From: Mobula hypostoma
Taxonomy: Eukaryota
NCBI RefSeq assembly: GCF_963921235.1
Contig: NC_086097.1
Coordinates: 81,408,001-81,472,000, forward strand
Length of the DNA: 64,000 bases
Reading direction: 5' to 3'
Shown here piece by piece: positions 1 to 13,515 of this stretch. Each line of letters begins with the position of its first letter. Positions within the stretch are counted from its first letter, which is position 1. A program made the position numbers and the translations under genes. The notes beneath the pieces were generated by a model. It was not told the DNA's origin. It did no database searches and was given only the letters and a program-made list of their open reading frames with translations.

Positions 1-624
1 CGTACTACTTTTTCTACTTAAGTAGAAGATTTGCATTTTTCTCTATCACATTCCCATTCACTTAATTTATAGTTCCATTAAGCCATTCTGTATTCTCCTT
101 CCAGTCCACACTGACACCTTGCTTTGAATCATCAGCATCTTGGATCCAGTTGACTTGACCTCATCCATATCAGAGGCCAATAGTGAACATCTGGACTCTG
201 AGCACCTATCCCTGCAGTACCCCTCTGCTCAGAGCCTCAAGCCCTGAACATTACTTACTTCTTTCTGCTACTTTCTATCCTTTAAGGAACGGTAGTCCTG
301 TTGCCTAAATCTCCAGTGATATGTGCCTAATCCTGATCTCCTGTGCTGTGTATCACATGGAATTTGAATATTCCTTCTCACATCCTAAAGACGACCAGTT
401 GTTAGGTTAATTTGTATCCATACATCATTGTGAGTGCACTAGTAGCGGGAGAATCAGGGAAGAGCTGAATGGCGTATGGGTTGTAAAAGTAAAGAGGTGA
501 ATAGGACTGATGATATTGGTTTGGGAGCTGGCCTACACTTGATCGGCTGAATAACCTGTGGTAAAAAAACGTTGTTAGAATTAGGCAGAGAAAGCAAACT
601 TAATCCAATTTGATTGTTACACAC

Positions 625-800
625 AAGATCATAACATATAGGAACAGAATTAGGCCAACTGGATCATTGAATCTGCTCCAACATTCCATCATGGCTCACC
701 CAATTCTCTTCTCAGCCCAATCTCCTGCCTTCTCCCCCTATTCCTTCATGCCTCTGCCTTAAATATACACAATGTCATGGCCTCCTCAGCTGCCTCCACA
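625..800 (-). mobile_element. CR1 LINE 3' end fragment (degraded, internally deleted)
   Basis: Matches the 3' UTR layout of the CR1 copies at 50550-50640 and 59010-60300 (gaattaggcc...tctgctcca..attccatcatggct). Confidence 0.6.
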
Positions 801-2149
801 TCAACTTGCTGTACCGATTGAACAAAATCCAGTTAATTCTACGAAACTGTAGTATAATTAAGTCTTATGCATGAATGATAGGTCATAATCAGTATTTTAG
901 TAGTGTGCATGGGGTATTGGATGAATTTGCTATTATTAGTTTCGGATTACTAAATTGAATTTTTGATGGCAGTGTTTTGTATTTATTACACAGGATTCAA
1001 TATTTGTTCGTCTTGCAATTTTAAGGACTCTTTGATGACTATAAACATGTGGAATCAACTAATTTGTTTTTTCCCAACGGAAGATGAGTATGCATACTGT
1101 ATATGCCCTAGATTTTGCAACTATCAATCAATCTCCTGCACCCTTCCCCAGAAGTGGCAATAGATTGATCGATGGGTGCTTAAGTCAGGGCAAGTATGCT
1201 CATCAGTTAGGTGTCAGATATGCACACTTATAGGTTTGTTTAAATATTTAAGATGAGAAAGATAAGTTCCTTGGTTTTGTGGTTAACACCGGAAGAATGA
1301 TCAACAGCATATTTACTAATGGTACAGTATAGTAAGCATCCAGTGCTGGATTAGCTTTGGTTCTAATGGCTTCCAATCCAATTACAACCAGATTCGCAGT
1401 TTTCTTACAACTTGTAGATAATACAGTACAGGAATTTTGCCAAGCTAAGGGAAGACTTCACTCGGAAAAATATCCCAATATGATCCATTGTCTTATGAAA
1501 AAGAAGATTAAATAGAAAATTACATACTATAAAATAGTCAGGTTGAATAAACATAATATTAAGGCTAATAATAACTCACTGCTTTCTGTAGTATGTTTGG
1601 CATCCAGTCAGCCATGATAGAAACTTCATTGATAAAGATGTACAGTGAGAGATTTTATTTGTCTAGTAATACATTTTCACACTGATCATAAATTGCATAA
1701 GACAGACAAAATTATTTTTTTCCCCCACACTGAACCAAGTATGACAGCAGAGGAATGGGACAAAATGTCCTTGTCACTTGCTCTTTTAGGTAACGGATAT
1801 AATGACTAATTATGTTCTGATCATATTGGTATATTGATAAATAGAGAGAAAAAGATCCCAAATAGTCTTATTGAGTTGAGTTAATGATTGATTAAAAAAA
1901 TTAATTAAATGATCTCTTTTTAAACTGCTGACATTGTATTTCTAAAATAAAAAGTGAAAATGTTGGAAACTCTCAAAGGCAAGGCTGTATCTGGGTAAAA
2001 AGAAACAAGAGTTAACATTTCACATTGAAGACCAATGTAATTAAGTTACTGGCAAATGGTATCAGAAGTAAATGCTAAAAATACAACTGAATGTATTGCT
2101 GTGGTATTTAGCTGTAGACCTTCAGAAATTATCACAGATTTCCAGAGGG

Positions 2150-2706
2150 CTACTTGACCTCAGAGGTCAGCAAGTCCCAGGACTGAGGTCCATACGAGTC
2201 TAGAGGTTATAGTGTGAATAGCAAGTGCTGGGGTTGATACACAGAGGTCAAAGCCCGAGGATGAAGTCCAGGGATCAGTGAGACCAGAAGTTGAGGCCTG
2301 AAGGTTGAAGATTGTGGGTTGGCATGTCCGGAGTTTGGAGGTCTGCAAGTCAGGTCCAGGTATTGGAAGCCTGCCTGATTTTGGATGTCTAGGGCTAAGG
2401 ACAGGTGGTCCAAGGTCCTAAGACAGTCTGACCTGGTGCTGGAAGGCCTGTCTGTGCCGTGAACATGTGGATGGGTAAGGGGCTTGATTTGCTGTTCTGT
2501 TCTGTTCTGTTGTTCTGTCATCACTGATGCTGATTGTGTTGTTCTGCTATATATGGTGGGCATGCTATGTTGGAGCTGGAAATGTGTGGCAACACTTGTG
2601 GGCTGCCTCCAGCATGTCCTTAGGCTGTCTTAGATGTTAACATAAACAACGCATCTCACTGTATGTTTTGATGTACGTGTGATAAATAAATGAATCAAAA
2701 TCTGAA
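2150..2706 (+). mobile_element. Non-autonomous retroposon with Rex/Babar-like 3' end
   Basis: Degenerate short tandem repeats (agtcc/gaggtc units) followed by gtatgttttgatgtacgtgtgataaataaa and a short-repeat tail. No coding capacity. Confidence 0.4.
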
Positions 2707-3393
2707 GCTAGTGAAAACAATAAAAAAGGTTCATATTTAAAATACTTCCGAGTTTCTAAACATTGGATTATCTTTTATATAACTATAATTTTATACATGA
2801 ACATATAAAGCTTACTTGCAATTTGTGTGGCTGTAAATAAACCTGTACTTGGTTATCCATCAATAAATTTTATATCAAGGGATGAAAACAATCCATTTAA
2901 AACTCAAGTTCTATAATGTTAATTCAACAGCAATTAGAAAAGTTTCATTGAAGCATGTCTCATCAATTTAAATACTGCTTTTATAAAGTTCTCCGGGATC
3001 ATGGCCCAATCACTGTTCACACAACATTGGAAGCCAACACACTGGATGTCTATATATTAAAAAAACATAGTCCTATTGACCTGAAATTTGTTATGAATTA
3101 TTATGCTCATAAGTGAATAGATTTTCTAAAGTTTCTGACCTTGACTTTTAGAACTATTGGAAAACAAAGGAGCAGAAATTCCAGATTTCTGTAGTCTAGC
3201 AGAATATGTAAGTGGCACACAATCAAAAAATGTTGTATATATTTTTGAAGTGTACTTTCTGCTGGATTTACAAGAAGCAACTCTCCACTTACACTCAATG
3301 ACAGGGATATTCTGACATATTCTTAAGGCAGACATGACTGAAGAAGAAATCTGGAACAGGGCACACTCTCTGCTTTCCTTCAAAAAGATAATC

Positions 3394-5550
3394 AGAACCA
3401 TAGAACCATAGAAACTACAGCACAGAAATAGGCCCTTTGGCCCTTCTTGGCTGTGCTGAACCATTTTCTGCATAGTCCCACTGACCTGCATACGGACCAT
3501 ATCCCTCCATACACCTCCCATCCATGTATCTGCCCAATTTATTCTTAAATGTTAAAAAAGAACCCGCATTTACCACCTCGTCTGGCAGCTCATTCCATAC
3601 TCCCACCACTCTCTGTGTGAAGAAGCCCCCCCTAATGTTCCCTTTAAACTTTTCCCCCTTCACCCTTAACCCATGTCCTCTGGTTTTTTTCTCCCCTTGC
3701 CTCAGTGGAAAAAGCCTGCTTGCATTCACTCTATCTATACCCATCATAATTTTATACACCTCTATCAAATCTCCCCTCATTCTTCTACGCTCCAGGGAAT
3801 AAAGTCCTAACCTATTCAACCTTTCTCTGTAACTGAGTTTCTCAAGTCCCGGCAACATCCTTGTAAACCTTCTCTGCACTCTTTCAACCTTATTTATATC
3901 CTTCCTGTAATTTGGTGACCAAAACTGAACACAATACTCCAGATTAGGCCTCACCAATGCCTTATACAACCTCATCATAACATTCCAGCTCTTATACTCA
4001 ATACTTTGATTAATAAAGGCCAATGTACCAAAAGCTCTCTTTACGACCCTATCTACCTGTGACGCCACTTTTAGGGAATTTTGTATCTGTATTCCCAGAT
4101 CCCTCTGTTCCACTGCACTCCTCAGTGCCTTACCATTAACCCTGTATGTTCTACGTTGGTTTGTCCTTCAACGTGCAATACCTCACACTTGTCAGTATTA
4201 AACTCCATCTGCCATTTTTCAGCCCATTTTTCCAGCTGGTCCAAGTCCCTCTGCAGGCTCTGAAAACCTTCCTCACTGTCTACTACGCCTCCAATCTTTG
4301 TATCATCAGCAAACTTGCTGATCCAATTTACCGCATTATCATCCAGATCATTGATATAGATGACAAATAACAATGGACCCAGCACTGATCCCTGTGGCAC
4401 ACCACTTGTCGCAGGCCTCCACTCAGAGAAGCAATTCTCTACCACCACTCTCTGGCTTCTTCCATCGAGCCGATGTCTAATCCAACTTACCACCTCTCCA
4501 TGTATACCTAGCGACTGAATTTTCCTAACTAACCTCCCATGCGGGACCTTGTCAAAGGCCTTACTGAAGTCCATGTAGACAATATCCACTGCCTTCCCTT
4601 CATCCACTTTCCTGGTAACCTCCTCGAAAAACTCCAACAGATTGGTCAAACATGACCTACCACGCACAAAGCCATGTTGACTCTCCCTAATAAGCCCCTG
4701 TCTATCCAAATGCTTGTAGATTCTGTCTCTTAGCACTCCCTCCAATAACTTACCTACTACTGACGTTAACCTCACCGGCCCATAATTTCCCGGATTACTT
4801 TTCGATCCTTTTTTAAACAACGGAACAACATGAGCCACTCTCCAATCCTCCGGCACTTCACCCGTAGACAGCGACATTTTAAATATTTCTGCCAGGGCCC
4901 CCGCAATTTCAACACTAGTCTCCTTCAAGGTCCGAGGGAACACTCTGTCAGGTCCCAGGGATTTATCCACTTTAATTTTCCTCAAGACAGCAAGCACCTC
5001 CTCCTTTTCAATCTGCACAGTTTCCATGGTCTCACTACTTGATTCCCTCAATTCCATAGATTTCATGCCAGCTTCCTTAGTAAATACAGACGCAAAAAAC
5101 CTATTTAAGATCTCCCCCATTTCCTTTGGTTCCGCACAAAGCCGACCACTCTGATCTTCAAGAGGACCAATTTTATCCCTTACAATCCTTTTGCTCTTAA
5201 TATACTTGTAAAAGCTCTTTGGATTATTTCACTTTGACTGCCAAGGCAACCTCATGTCTTCTTTTTGCCCTCCTGATTTCTTTCCAGTATTTTCTTGCAC
5301 TTCTCATACTCCTCAAGCACCTGATTTACCCCGTTTCCTATACATTTCATACAACTCCCTCTTCTTCTTTATCAGAGTTGCAATATCCCTTGAGAACCAA
5401 GGTTCCTTATTCCTATTCAATTTGCCTTTAATCCTGACAGGAACATACAAACTCTGCACTCTCAAAATGTCCCCTTTGAAGGCTTCCCACCTACCAATCA
5501 CATCTTTGCCAGAGAACAACCTGTCCCAATCCACGCTTTTTAGATCCTTT
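3394..5550 (-). mobile_element. Young 5'-truncated CR1 LINE
   Basis: ORFs 5313-5585, 4122-5120 and 3415-4113 form consecutive CR1 ORF2 pieces. The 3' tail is (TCTATGGT)n at 3394-3415. Confidence 0.97.
3415..5550 (-). pseudogene. CR1 ORF2 reverse transcriptase, frameshifted
   Basis: RT motifs DFSKAFDKV, GVPQGSVLGPLLF and FADD, plus the C-terminal LVRPNLEYCVQFWSP. Frameshifts occur near 4120-4160 and 5220-5300. Confidence 0.95.
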
Positions 5551-6329
5551 AGAACTTGATTTAACATCTCAATCAGAGTACTCATCCTTTGATAACCAAT
5601 CCTGTTTCTGAGTATACCACAGAAATATCATTCACAGTGCTCACATTTCAGAGTAGGTGTTAAACCTAAAGGCATATGATTCATCGGCAGAGACAGAACT
5701 GGCATTTTATCAGTGAGCACAGTAATCCTAAAATTTATTGAAAAATTCTGTATCTGTGCACTTCTCTCTGAAGCTATACTTGCATAATACTTGTATTATA
5801 AATAACTATATTCAGCCAGATATTTTCCAATAAATTAATTCTTACACCATAAAATCCAGGCTTATTATTCTCCATGCCCTAAGCCAGCACTGGAGACAAC
5901 TCACACCCTCCTTCTATTCTCAAATGCATTTAACTTAAGACTTGTAGACATAATGTCATGCAGCACTGAAATATGCTCCAAGGCCAAACCAAGATGCCCA
6001 TCTAAGCTAGTCCTATTTGTCCATGTTTAGTCCAAATCACCCTAAACCTTTTCAAACCGAACTACAATGTACTTAAACTACTTGGTCTGTCTCGGACTAC
6101 TCACTCTGGCAACTCATTCCACAATCAGACATCCTGCTGAGTGAGAAAGTTGTCCCCCAGTTTCCTTTTAAACCTTTCCCCTCTCAACTAAAACCTAGAC
6201 ATTTAGTTATTGGTATTAATTCCCTGGGGAAGAAGACTCTACATTCACCCCATCTCTGCCCCTCATGATTTTTATGCACCACTTTCAGGTCACCCCTCAG
6301 TCTATTAAGTTGCATGATCAGTGACCACG

Positions 6330-6880
6330 CCCCCCCCCCCCCACCATCACCACCCAGGTCATGTTCTCTTCTCACTGATGCATCAGGAAGGTGGTACAGG
6401 AGCCTCAGGACTCACATCATAAGGTTCAGGAACAGTTATTACCCTTCAACCAACAGGCTCTTGAACCAAAAGGGATAACTTCACTTGCCCCATCATTAAT
6501 ATGCTCCCACAACCTATGGGCTCACTTTCAAGGACTCCTCATCTCATATTCATGATATTTATTGCTTATTTAATTATTATACTTATTCTCTTTTTGTATT
6601 CGCACAATTTGTTGCCTTTTGCACACTGGTCAAACACCAAATTGGTGTGGTCTTACATTGATTCTATTATGGGACTAGGCAGAAAATGGTTCGGCACAGT
6701 CAAGAAGGGTCAAAAGGCCTGTTTCTGTGCTGTAGTTTCTATGGTTTCTATGGTTTATGGTTTCTATGGTATGGTTATTATTCTATTTTGGATTTATTGA
6801 GTATGGCCAAAAAATAAATCTCTGGGTTGTATATGATGACATATATGTACTTTGATAATAAATTTACTTTGAACTTTGAA
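6330..6880 (+). mobile_element. Rex1/Babar 3' fragment
   Basis: catcaggaaggtggtacaggagcctcagg...aggttcaggaacag, ending in a (CTTTGAA)n tail. Same family as 41100-41537. Confidence 0.8.
6671..6770 (+). mobile_element. CR1 3' terminus only (about 100 bp)
   Basis: Near-identical to the reverse complement of 3396-3482, with a (TTTCTATGG)n tail. Confidence 0.85.
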
Positions 6881-7799
6881 TAAAGTCCTGGGAACATTCT
6901 TGCAAATCTTTCTTGCACACTTTGTTAAGCATAACGGTGAACAAAATTGTATACAACTCACCAAATGTGGCCTCATCGACATTTTACACAACTACAGAAC
7001 AATGTCCCAACTCCTATACTTAATGCCCTGACTGATGAGGCCAGGGTACCAAATTCCTTCTGCACTACGTGTCCAACTGTGATGCCACATTCAGGGATCT
7101 AGGTACTTGTATCCTTTTATCCCTCTGTGCACAATACTCCCCAGGGGTCGACCATTCTCTATGCAATCCTACCCTGGTTTGATTCACAAAAGGCAACATG
7201 AATTGAGAATTATTTTGACAATTCTTAGCATAGTTACTTGGTTAATCAAGATATTTCTGCAAATGTTGATAACTATTTTCAGCATATATGACACCATTTA
7301 TTTTAATATCACCTTTGAATTTATTAACCATGCCTTCTACATTCTCGCCAAAATCATTTATATGAGTAACAAATAACAAAGATCTCACCACCAATCCATA
7401 TGATACACCACTAATTACAAACCAACAGTCCAGGAAAAAATCTTCCACCATTACCCTTGGCTTCTGACTTCACAACTTTTCCTGAGCTTATACACTGAAA
7501 CAAATAACAAGTAAGCATGGTACACAAATTAGGATACATAATCTGAAAATGGAATGTATCATTCAATTACTCCTGCAAAATTAACTCTAGACTCCCCCAT
7601 TCAATAACTCTAGGTATAAAATCCAATGATTTGCTTTGCCCTCCAATGACCTTATCTACAAGGAGCACCATTATTGACATGAAAAAGATGCTGCCGGTGA
7701 ATAATGTGACCAAAGTCGACGTCCTTCAGATAGTTCACAAAACTACTACTTCCTCCAAATATGATTCTGCTTCTGATGATGTGGTTTTGGTTGATCTGG

Positions 7800-8009
7800 C
7801 ACTTTGCTGTCTCCAATAGAGTTCAGTGAGGTCGTGAGCGGAGTGTGCAGCCTGGAGACGGGGTGTGATCCCATGATCTACTCCATTTCTCACCAATCTC
7901 GCCAATTAAAGCGTCGAGCAAGATTGAAATCAACGAGGACTAAAGTAGAAGGTGAACAGGTATTCAACAGCATCTGCCTGCATTTGACCGGTGTCGGTCG
8001 GTCGGTCGG

Positions 8010-8048
<39 letters not shown>

Positions 8049-8385
8049 GGAAGATGGTGCTGGAGTCTTGGGTCTTGGGCACAGGGTACTCCTTTTTTAT
8101 CGTTATTTTGTGTGATTTTGGTAGGGACGTAGAGGCTCTGTGGCCCACCATCAACAAATGGCACAGTTGTAAAATGAACTGAACTAAACTAAATGTTCCT
8201 AGGTTACTTCAATGACTCTGTGGTTTGCTGTTTTATATTCTGTGTTTCTCACTCGTTTTTTTGCCGTCTGCACAATTTGTTCTTTTTTTTTTGCACTCTC
8301 GGTGTTTCATGTTTGCTCTGAACGGGTTCCACGGAATTTGTTTTGTGGCAGTCAGGGTTGATAAAAATTGTACTTTGAATCATTG
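7800..8385 (+). mobile_element. Non-autonomous retroposon with Rex-like tail
   Basis: 3' end gataaaaattgtactttgaatcattga resembles the Rex tails elsewhere in the window. Internal (ACTGA)n-like repeats. Confidence 0.4.
7993..8047. repeat. Compound microsatellite (GTCG)n(CT)n(CA)n
   Basis: Directly visible. Confidence 0.95.
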
Positions 8386-10085
8386 ACAACTTAGTCACGT
8401 ACACAGTAAGCTCCTTTTAAAATTATTTATCATCCTTGAATTCTTCTCTCCACACCACATTTTGAGCAAATTTTATTTTAAGAATTTGCATTGGTCTTGA
8501 CTGACATTATCAAGACAACAATATCTCCATGCTCTTGGTGGTGAAAGACTCTAAAGTTTAACAGATTTGCTTTTTTGAGAAAATTATAGATCACTGTTAC
8601 ACTGTTTTATAAGAAGTGCACAATGAAATCCTGTGGTCCCATTTGCTCCGAACGTTCTCCCCGTTCCTAAGAGGCTGGACACTGAGAATTGTCTATGCCA
8701 TCCTCATGCTGATGTGGAGATTATTCTTGTCAAGCGCAATACTGATAATGAAATACAGCAACAATTGTATAATGGACTCTTGTACCAATTGGATCAGCAC
8801 TGAAAGAAAAGCATGCACTAAAGTACACTGGATCAGCATTCATAAGGCATTGTTTTTTATTATTACGTACTTTATTTATTTTCCTGCTATAGTCTGTATG
8901 CACATGCTTTAATACATGCATTTGTTCATCTGTAGAAGCACATTTCACACACTTAAGTTTACAATCAATAAATTCAGTATTTGCTTGATGCTGTGCAGTG
9001 CATAATGCTAAATTCCAGAGTGCTGGTTGAATTTTCATAAAATGTAATGCATCAGTTCCTGCTGGATAAACAAACAATCCATGTCAGGTACACTGTGCAG
9101 ATTCCGCAGTGAAACCTAATAACATTCATTCTAATCATTCCTGAATCCTCATCTTTATTTAATACCAGTTATCTTAAATTCATACCATTTTGCTATCATA
9201 AATAGTCATCACTCTTCAAATAGGTCACAATTTAACATCCTCAGTTTGAAAAAAAATAACAATTTCAAAAGTCCCTTTTTGCATCTGCAAAACCTTGACC
9301 CAATTAACATTTCAGATATCATATCTATATTTCCAATTATTACTATTTGCTGAAAACTGCACTCATTCCCACTGTGGAAAAAATGAGCAACTAGACACCA
9401 TGACCCCTTAGATTTTCTATTACTTAGCTCTTGCCACAAAGCCAAGATTTATCTTTATTTTTACCGGCATCAAAAAGTCACCATCATTAACAACCTGTAT
9501 CTGCAAACCAACCACCTTTCTTCACTATGAATCTCTTCATTACAATGCCTTTAAAACATGCCCCCCACTCTAATACAACATGGATTTATGGAATTCTCTT
9601 TGAATTATACTTCTCATCCTTTAGTGAGACTACGTACCATTAAAATTCTTCCAATTTAACCAATTCAATTTCCGTTTGCCTCTCGATTCTTAAAATTTGT
9701 TGACACATCTGCAGTTTATCATCTCTCTCCCCATCTGATGCATTCTTCAGCTGTGTGAAGTCTTAAACACCATAAAAATTACTTTTGCAATGCTGTACTT
9801 GTGCAGCACATTAATTAGTGCACTCGAAAATCCAAATAAGTCAGTTGTACTATGATTTTTTTTCTATTTTATTCTTTCTATACACTCAAAAGTGGGTTGC
9901 CAGATTGGCAGATTCCTATCTCCTGATTCGTGAGGCATCACCTGTCTCTAGACATTGCAGCACCACAATCACAAACAGCATTCCTGTTAATGCTTCTGAA
10001 GATTATGCATTCATTAAATTAGAAAGTGCTTCTTTGTGGACATCAGCAGGAAGGTTTCTTATATCAATATGTGGAAGGTCCAACG

Positions 10086-10782
10086 AGAGGAGGGGCTACA
10101 CTGGACCTGGTGCTGGGTAACGTGCCTGGCCAGGTGACTGACCTTGCAGTGGGTCAACAGTGACCACAACTCCTCAACTGGCTACACAGGTTGATAAGGT
10201 GGATAAGAAGGAATGCTTGCTTTAATTAGTCAAGGCATCAAGTTCAAAAGTCAGGAGGTTATGTTGTAACTTTATAAAGTTCTGGTTAAGCCACATCTGG
10301 AGTACTTCGTACAGTTCTAGTTGCCCCACTATAGGAAGGATGTTGAGGCTTTGAGGATGGTGCAGAGAAGTTTACCAGGATGCTGCCAAGTTTAGATGGC
10401 ATGTGCTATCATGAGAAGCTGGATAAAATTGGGTTGTTTTTTTCTGATGCACCAAAGGCTAAGAGCAGATCTTGATAGAGGTTTATAAGATTTTGAGAGA
10501 CAAAGATAGTGTGGACAGACAGCATCTGTTTTCCAGGTGTGCAATCTCCAATACCAGAGGGCATACATTGAAAGTGAGAGGGGGTAAGTTCAAGGGGGAT
10601 ATGAGCGGTACATTTTTTAATTCAGAATTGTGAAAGCCTGGAATGCGCTGTCTGCTATGGTGGTAGAGGCAAATACATTAGAGGCTTTTAAGAGACATTT
10701 GAATAGGTACATGGATACAAGGAAGATGGAGGGGTATGGATGTGGTGCAGGTAGGAGGAGTTAGTGTTTGAATGTTTTTGAT
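10086..10782 (+). mobile_element. Old CR1 LINE, outer layer of the nest; its 3' end resumes at about 17976-18046
   Basis: Degraded ORF2 (ctggttaagccacatctggagtac...cagttctagttgccccactataggaagga) with an internal deletion near 10180. Confidence 0.85.
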
Positions 10783-12337
10783 ACGCTCAGTGGTGCCGCC
10801 AACATTGTGGCCTCTCTCCCAGATGGGCACAATCGCTTTTACACTCGGTTCGATGTCGCTAACTCTGAGCCTCCGAGGAAAGCCACCCCTACAGCCTGCA
10901 ATCTGGTCATCTCTGAGGCTGAGGACAACTGGCAGGTGTGTTTATAGACATTTTTAATCTCTGCCTCTCCCAGTATAGAGTGCCCTCCTGCTTCGAATTA
11001 TCCACAATTGTCCCTGTACCAAAAAAGACCAAGGTAACACTCCTGAATGACTGGCGTCCTGTCGCACTCACCTCAATAATAAGCAAATGCTTTGAGAGTC
11101 TAGTCAAGGATTACATCTGCAGCTTGCTGCCAACCAAACTGGACCCCCTACAATTTACCAACACAACCAATCAACAGATGACGTAATAGCCACCACTCGA
11201 CATATCACCCTTGCACATCTGGAGGAGGATGCTTATGTGAGAATGCTGTTCTTGGACTACAGTTCAGCATTCAACACCATAATTCCATCCAGGCTCAACA
11301 AGCAGCTCAGAGACCTCAGCCTTGACCCTGCCTTGTGCAGCTGGATCCTGGACTTCCTGTCAGATTGTGGCAGGTTGTAAGAATGGGCTCCCTCACCTCC
11401 AATCCTTTGACTCTCAATACAGGAGCCCCTCAGGGCTGCGTACTATACAAGGGAGTAAAGGAGGTCAAGGTAATCCTTGACCTCCTTTACTCCCTTGTAC
11501 ACCCATGACTGTATCGCCACCCACAGCTTCAATGTGCTAATTAAACTTGCTGATGATACTACATTGATTGGCCTTATCTCAAACAATAACGAGGTGGCTA
11601 CAGGGAAGAAGTTATTTCTCTGACACAGTGGTGTCAAGAAAACAACAGCTCCCTTAATGTCGCAACAACAAAGGAGCTGGTTGTGGATTGCAGGAGGAAT
11701 GGAGATGGACTAACCCCTATCGACATCAATGGATCTGGGGTTGAGAGGGTAAACAATTTCAAGTTCCTCGGCATCTACATCACTGAGGACCTCACGTGGT
11801 CTGTACACACCAGCTGTGTGGTGAAAAAGGCACAACAGCGCCTCTTTCACCTCAGATGGTTGAGGGAGTTTGGTATGGACCCCCAAATCCTAAGAACTTT
11901 CTACAGGGGCACAATTGAGAGCATCCTGACTGGCTGCATCACTGCCTGGTATGGGAACTGTACCTCCCTTAATCACAGGACTCTGCAGAGAGTGGTGCAG
12001 ACAGCCCAGCGCACTTGTAGTTGTGGACTTCCCATGATTCAGAACATTTACAAGGAAAGGTGTGCAAAGAGAACCTGTAGTATCATTGGAGACTCAAGTT
12101 ATCTCAACCACAGTCTATTCCAGCTGCTACCATCGGGAAATGGTACTGCAGCATAAAAGCCGTGACCAACAGGCTCCGGACAGCTTCTTCCACCAGGCCA
12201 TCAGACTGATGAACATTGAACATATTACATTGGCTGTTCTACTTATCATAAATTATTATAACTTACTTTGATTGCACATGGCACACTTAGATGGAGACGT
12301 AACATAAAGATTTTTACTCCTTTTGTATATGAAGGAT
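10783..12337 (+). mobile_element. Rex1/Babar non-LTR retrotransposon, 5'-truncated; tail resumes at 17941-17975
   Basis: ORFs 10938-11186 ([18 protein letters not shown]) and 11683-12156 (FKFLGIYITEDLTW, KKAQQRLFHLR, FYRGTIESILTGCITAWYG). Confidence 0.92.
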
Positions 12338-13180
12338 AGAAACATAGAAAACCAACAGCACAATACAGGCCCTTTGGCCCACAAAGCTGTGCAGAACATG
12401 TCCTTACCTTAGAACGACCTAGACTTACTCATAGCCCTTTATATTTTGAAGCTCCTTGTACATATCCAGGAGTCTCTTAAAAGACCCCATCGTTTCTGCC
12501 TCCACCACCAGCAATGGCAGCCCCTTCCATGCACTCACCACTCTCTGCGTAAAAAACTTACTCCTGACATCTCCTCTGTACCTACTTCCAAGCACCTTAA
12601 AACTATGCTCTCTCGTGCTAGCTGTTTCAGCCCTGGGAAAAAGCCTCTGACTATCCACACAATTAATGCCTCCCATTACCTTGTACATCTCTATCAGGTC
12701 ACCTCTCATCCTCCGTCGCTCCAAGGAGAAAAGGCCGAGTTCACTCAACCTATTCTCATAAGGCATGCTCCCCAATCCAGGCAACATCCTTGCACCGTTT
12801 GCTCCCTTTCTATGGTTTCCACGTCCTTCCTGTAGTGCGGCGACTAGAATTGAGCACAGTACTCCAAGTGGGGTCTGACCAGGGTCCTATATAGCTGCAA
12901 CATTACCTCTTGGCTCTTAAACTCAATTGCACGGTTGATGAAGGTCAATGCACCGTATGCCTTCTTAACCACAGAGTCAACCTGCACAGCAGCTTTGAGT
13001 GTCCGAAAGACTCGGACCCCTAGATCCCTCTGATCCTCCACACTGCCAAGAGTGTTACTATTAATGCTATATTCTGACATCATATTTGACCTACCAAAAT
13101 AAACCACCTCACACTTAAGCAACACACATCAAAGTTGCTGGTGAACACAGCAGGCCAGGCAGCATCTGTAGGAAGAGGTG

Positions 13181-13218
13181 CAGTCGACGTTTCAGGCCGA
13201 GACCCTTCATCAGGACTA
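13181..13218 (-). ncRNA. Minimal type I hammerhead ribozyme in the PLE pLTR
   Basis: Minus strand reads tagtc-CTGATGA-agg gtctcgg cct-GAAA-CGTC^gactg. It has the full catalytic core, stem I agtc/gact, stem II agg/cct and a palindromic ACGT stem III. Confidence 0.85.
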
Positions 13219-13515
13219 ACTGAAGGAAGAGTGGGTAAGGGATTTGAAAGTTGGAGGGGTAGGGGAAGATCCAAAATGATAGGAGAAGACAGGAGGGGGA
13301 GGGATAGAGCCAAGAGCTGGACAGGTGATAGGCAAAAGGGGATACGAGAGGATCATGGGACAGGAGGTCCGGGAAGAAAGACAAGGTGGGGGGGGGGGAC
13401 CCAGAGGATGGGCAAGAGGTACATTCAGAGGGACAGAGGGAGAAAAAGGAGAGTGAGAGAAAGAATGTGTGCATAAAAATAAGTAACAGGTGGGGTACGA
13501 GGGGGAGGTGGGGCC

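Larger units (their letters stand above)
5945..7460 (-). mobile_element. Old CR1 LINE remnant, split by the insertion at about 6330-6880
   Basis: CR1 3' region at 5945-6310 resumes at 6881. ORFs 6794-6991 (MRPHLVSCIQFCSP) and 7242-7451 are degraded CR1 RT. Confidence 0.75.

Noticed and set aside
8616..9077. Overlapping 98-aa and 115-aa ORFs in unique DNA
   Set aside because: No recognisable domain. The composition is that expected from AT-rich non-coding sequence.
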